From: Mustelus asterias
Taxonomy: Eukaryota
Assembly: GCF_964213995.1 (NCBI RefSeq)
Contig: NW_027590160.1
Location: forward strand, 62,001 to 126,000
Reading direction: 5' to 3'
DNA length: 64,000 bases
Below the pieces are notes generated by a model that was not told where the DNA came from, did no database searches, and saw only the letters and a list, made by a program, of their open reading frames with translations. Below, in pieces: positions 62,249 to 64,000 of this stretch (positions within the stretch are counted from its first letter, which is position 1; every line of letters starts with the position of its first letter). The position numbers and the translations under genes were made by a program.

Positions 62249-62656
62249 GATCAGAGAGGTCGCGAGTGTAGCCCAATCCATCACGCAACCCAGTCTCCCA
62301 TCCATTAACTCTGTCTACACTTCCCGCCGCCTCAGCAAAGCAGCCACCGTAATTAAAGACCCCACGCATCCCGGACATTCTCTCTTCCACCTACTTCCGT
62401 CGGGAAAAAGTTACAAAAGTGTGAGGCCACGTACCAACTGACTCAAGAACAGCTTCTTCCCTGCTGTCATTAGACTTTTGAATGGACCTACCTTGCATTA
62501 AGTTGACCTTTCTCTCAACCCTAGCTATGACTGTAACACTACACTCTCTCATTTCCTTCTCTATAAATGGTATGCTTTGTCTGTATAGCGCGCAAGAAAC
62601 AATACTTCTCACTGTATACTGAGACATGTGACAATAATAAACAAAATCAAATCAAA
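62249..62656 (+). mobile_element. Rex1/Babar LINE 3' end
   Basis: IKDPTHPGHSLFHLLPSGKSYKSVRPRTN*LKNSFFPAVIRLLN and an (aaatc)n tail. Confidence 0.8.
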
Positions 62657-64000
62657 AAATATTTACGACCATTTCATTAATAACTATATTAAGGTACGGA
62701 GTGTTCACAAACACAAACTCGCTGCTTATGAGAATGGTGGAATTAGAGATGATCCAAGATTTCAACTGAACTGGCTGGACAATTGGAGGAAATAATCTTG
62801 TGAGATACAGGGGTACAGAGGGAGAATGGGACTGACTGGATTGCTCTACAGAGAGTCAGTACAGATTCGAACTGACATATTCTGTGCTGTAATGGATCAA
62901 TGACTGGAAAGGTATGTCACTACAGTGTTATATTACAAACTTGAAATAACAATAAATGAAATTTATCACAGAACCATAAATAATATATCTAATAGGTACC
63001 TAAAAGCAAAACTAGACATAACTCTGTGCTACATAAAATTAGTGTCCCACAAAGAATCATAAATTTACACCAGATTACACCAAAAATACACATACCTGTC
63101 ATACCTTATTACATTGTCCCCTTCAATGTCAGCCATTTCCTGGGGAAACCAACCCTTTAATCATGAACATTAGGAAACAGACCATCCTTTTAACCAGACA
63201 AATAATTGTGTCAAGCTGAGGGAGCAAAGGATGTCAATGTCTTTAAGAGAGAGAGAGAGACCTGGGCCAACCTTTCCAGAGTCTGCACCCTCCCTGGATT
63301 CACTTCCTTTCCCTTCAGTTGCTGCAAGTCCCCAATTTCCCCCAGAATGAGAAAAGAAATGGAAAGGGGGAGAAAAGAAAGTGTTTTACTCACAGATGTG
63401 GCTGAGAGACTGAGAGTGCGCGAGAGAGAGACTGTGACTGGCTGCACTCAGTAAAACCATTGTCCTACAGAATGCAGGCTCCGTCTAACTCATCCCATCA
63501 AACTCTGCTGTATCTTGCCGTTGGCTGAAGTTTCACAAAACGTATTCTAAAAGCAAACTGCATCCATTTTATAATTCAAAATACATGTTTTAAATGAGGA
63601 ATACTTGTTATTCAGTTAGAGCTGTCTTTTATAATGACAGCTCTCATCAGGGCTTTAAGATCATTCACTCTTAAGTCAGTATTGTGTTAAAGTTCTCAAA
63701 CATTGTTTTCTATTAGCCTAATTTAGCCCCACTACTCAGTCTCCACATTTCCGTTGTTTCTCCCCAATGTAACTTTTTTTATTCATTCATGGGATCTGGG
63801 GGTCGTTGGCTGGCCAGCATTTATCGCCTATCCCTAGTAGCCCGAGGGCAGTTGAGAGTCAACCACATTGCTGCGGACCTGGAGTCACATGTCGGCCAGA
63901 ACAGGACATTACAGAAGGAAATCTGCCCAACAACTTTTTCAACAATCAGCAATGGTTTCAAGGTCATCAGTAGATTCATAGTTCCAGATTTTTCTTATTG

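Overview
Vertebrate genomic DNA. The V-domain HE1-type SINEs, CR1 tails and Penelope termini point to a cartilaginous fish, probably a shark (inference). The window is a cluster of about 11 tandem C2H2 zinc-finger (ZNF) loci on both strands. About 6 have intact ATG-led arrays of 7-15 fingers; the rest are broken. No KRAB, SCAN or BTB exon is recognisable. Several loci sit head-to-head around shared CpG-rich promoter modules, and one head-to-head block is duplicated (~21.3-27.6 kb vs ~40.5-49.2 kb). The spaces between genes hold CR1, RTE and Rex-Babar LINEs, V-SINEs, Penelope-like termini with minimal hammerhead ribozymes, Gypsy and Copia remnants and four minisatellites. Most notable: (1) a ~310-bp U2-snRNA-headed retroposon with an A-tail, a target-site duplication (TSD) and two covarying stem-loop modules; (2) a U_UUA_AAC -1 slippery site that would join CR1 ORF1 to an ATG-less ORF2; (3) non-coding 'fossil finger' leaders conserved at the nucleotide level across diverged ZNF paralogs; (4) a CRE-containing promoter repeat with 3 vs 13 copies between duplicates; (5) rapid finger turnover between recent paralogs. 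Coordinates were read by eye and repeat boundaries are approximate.
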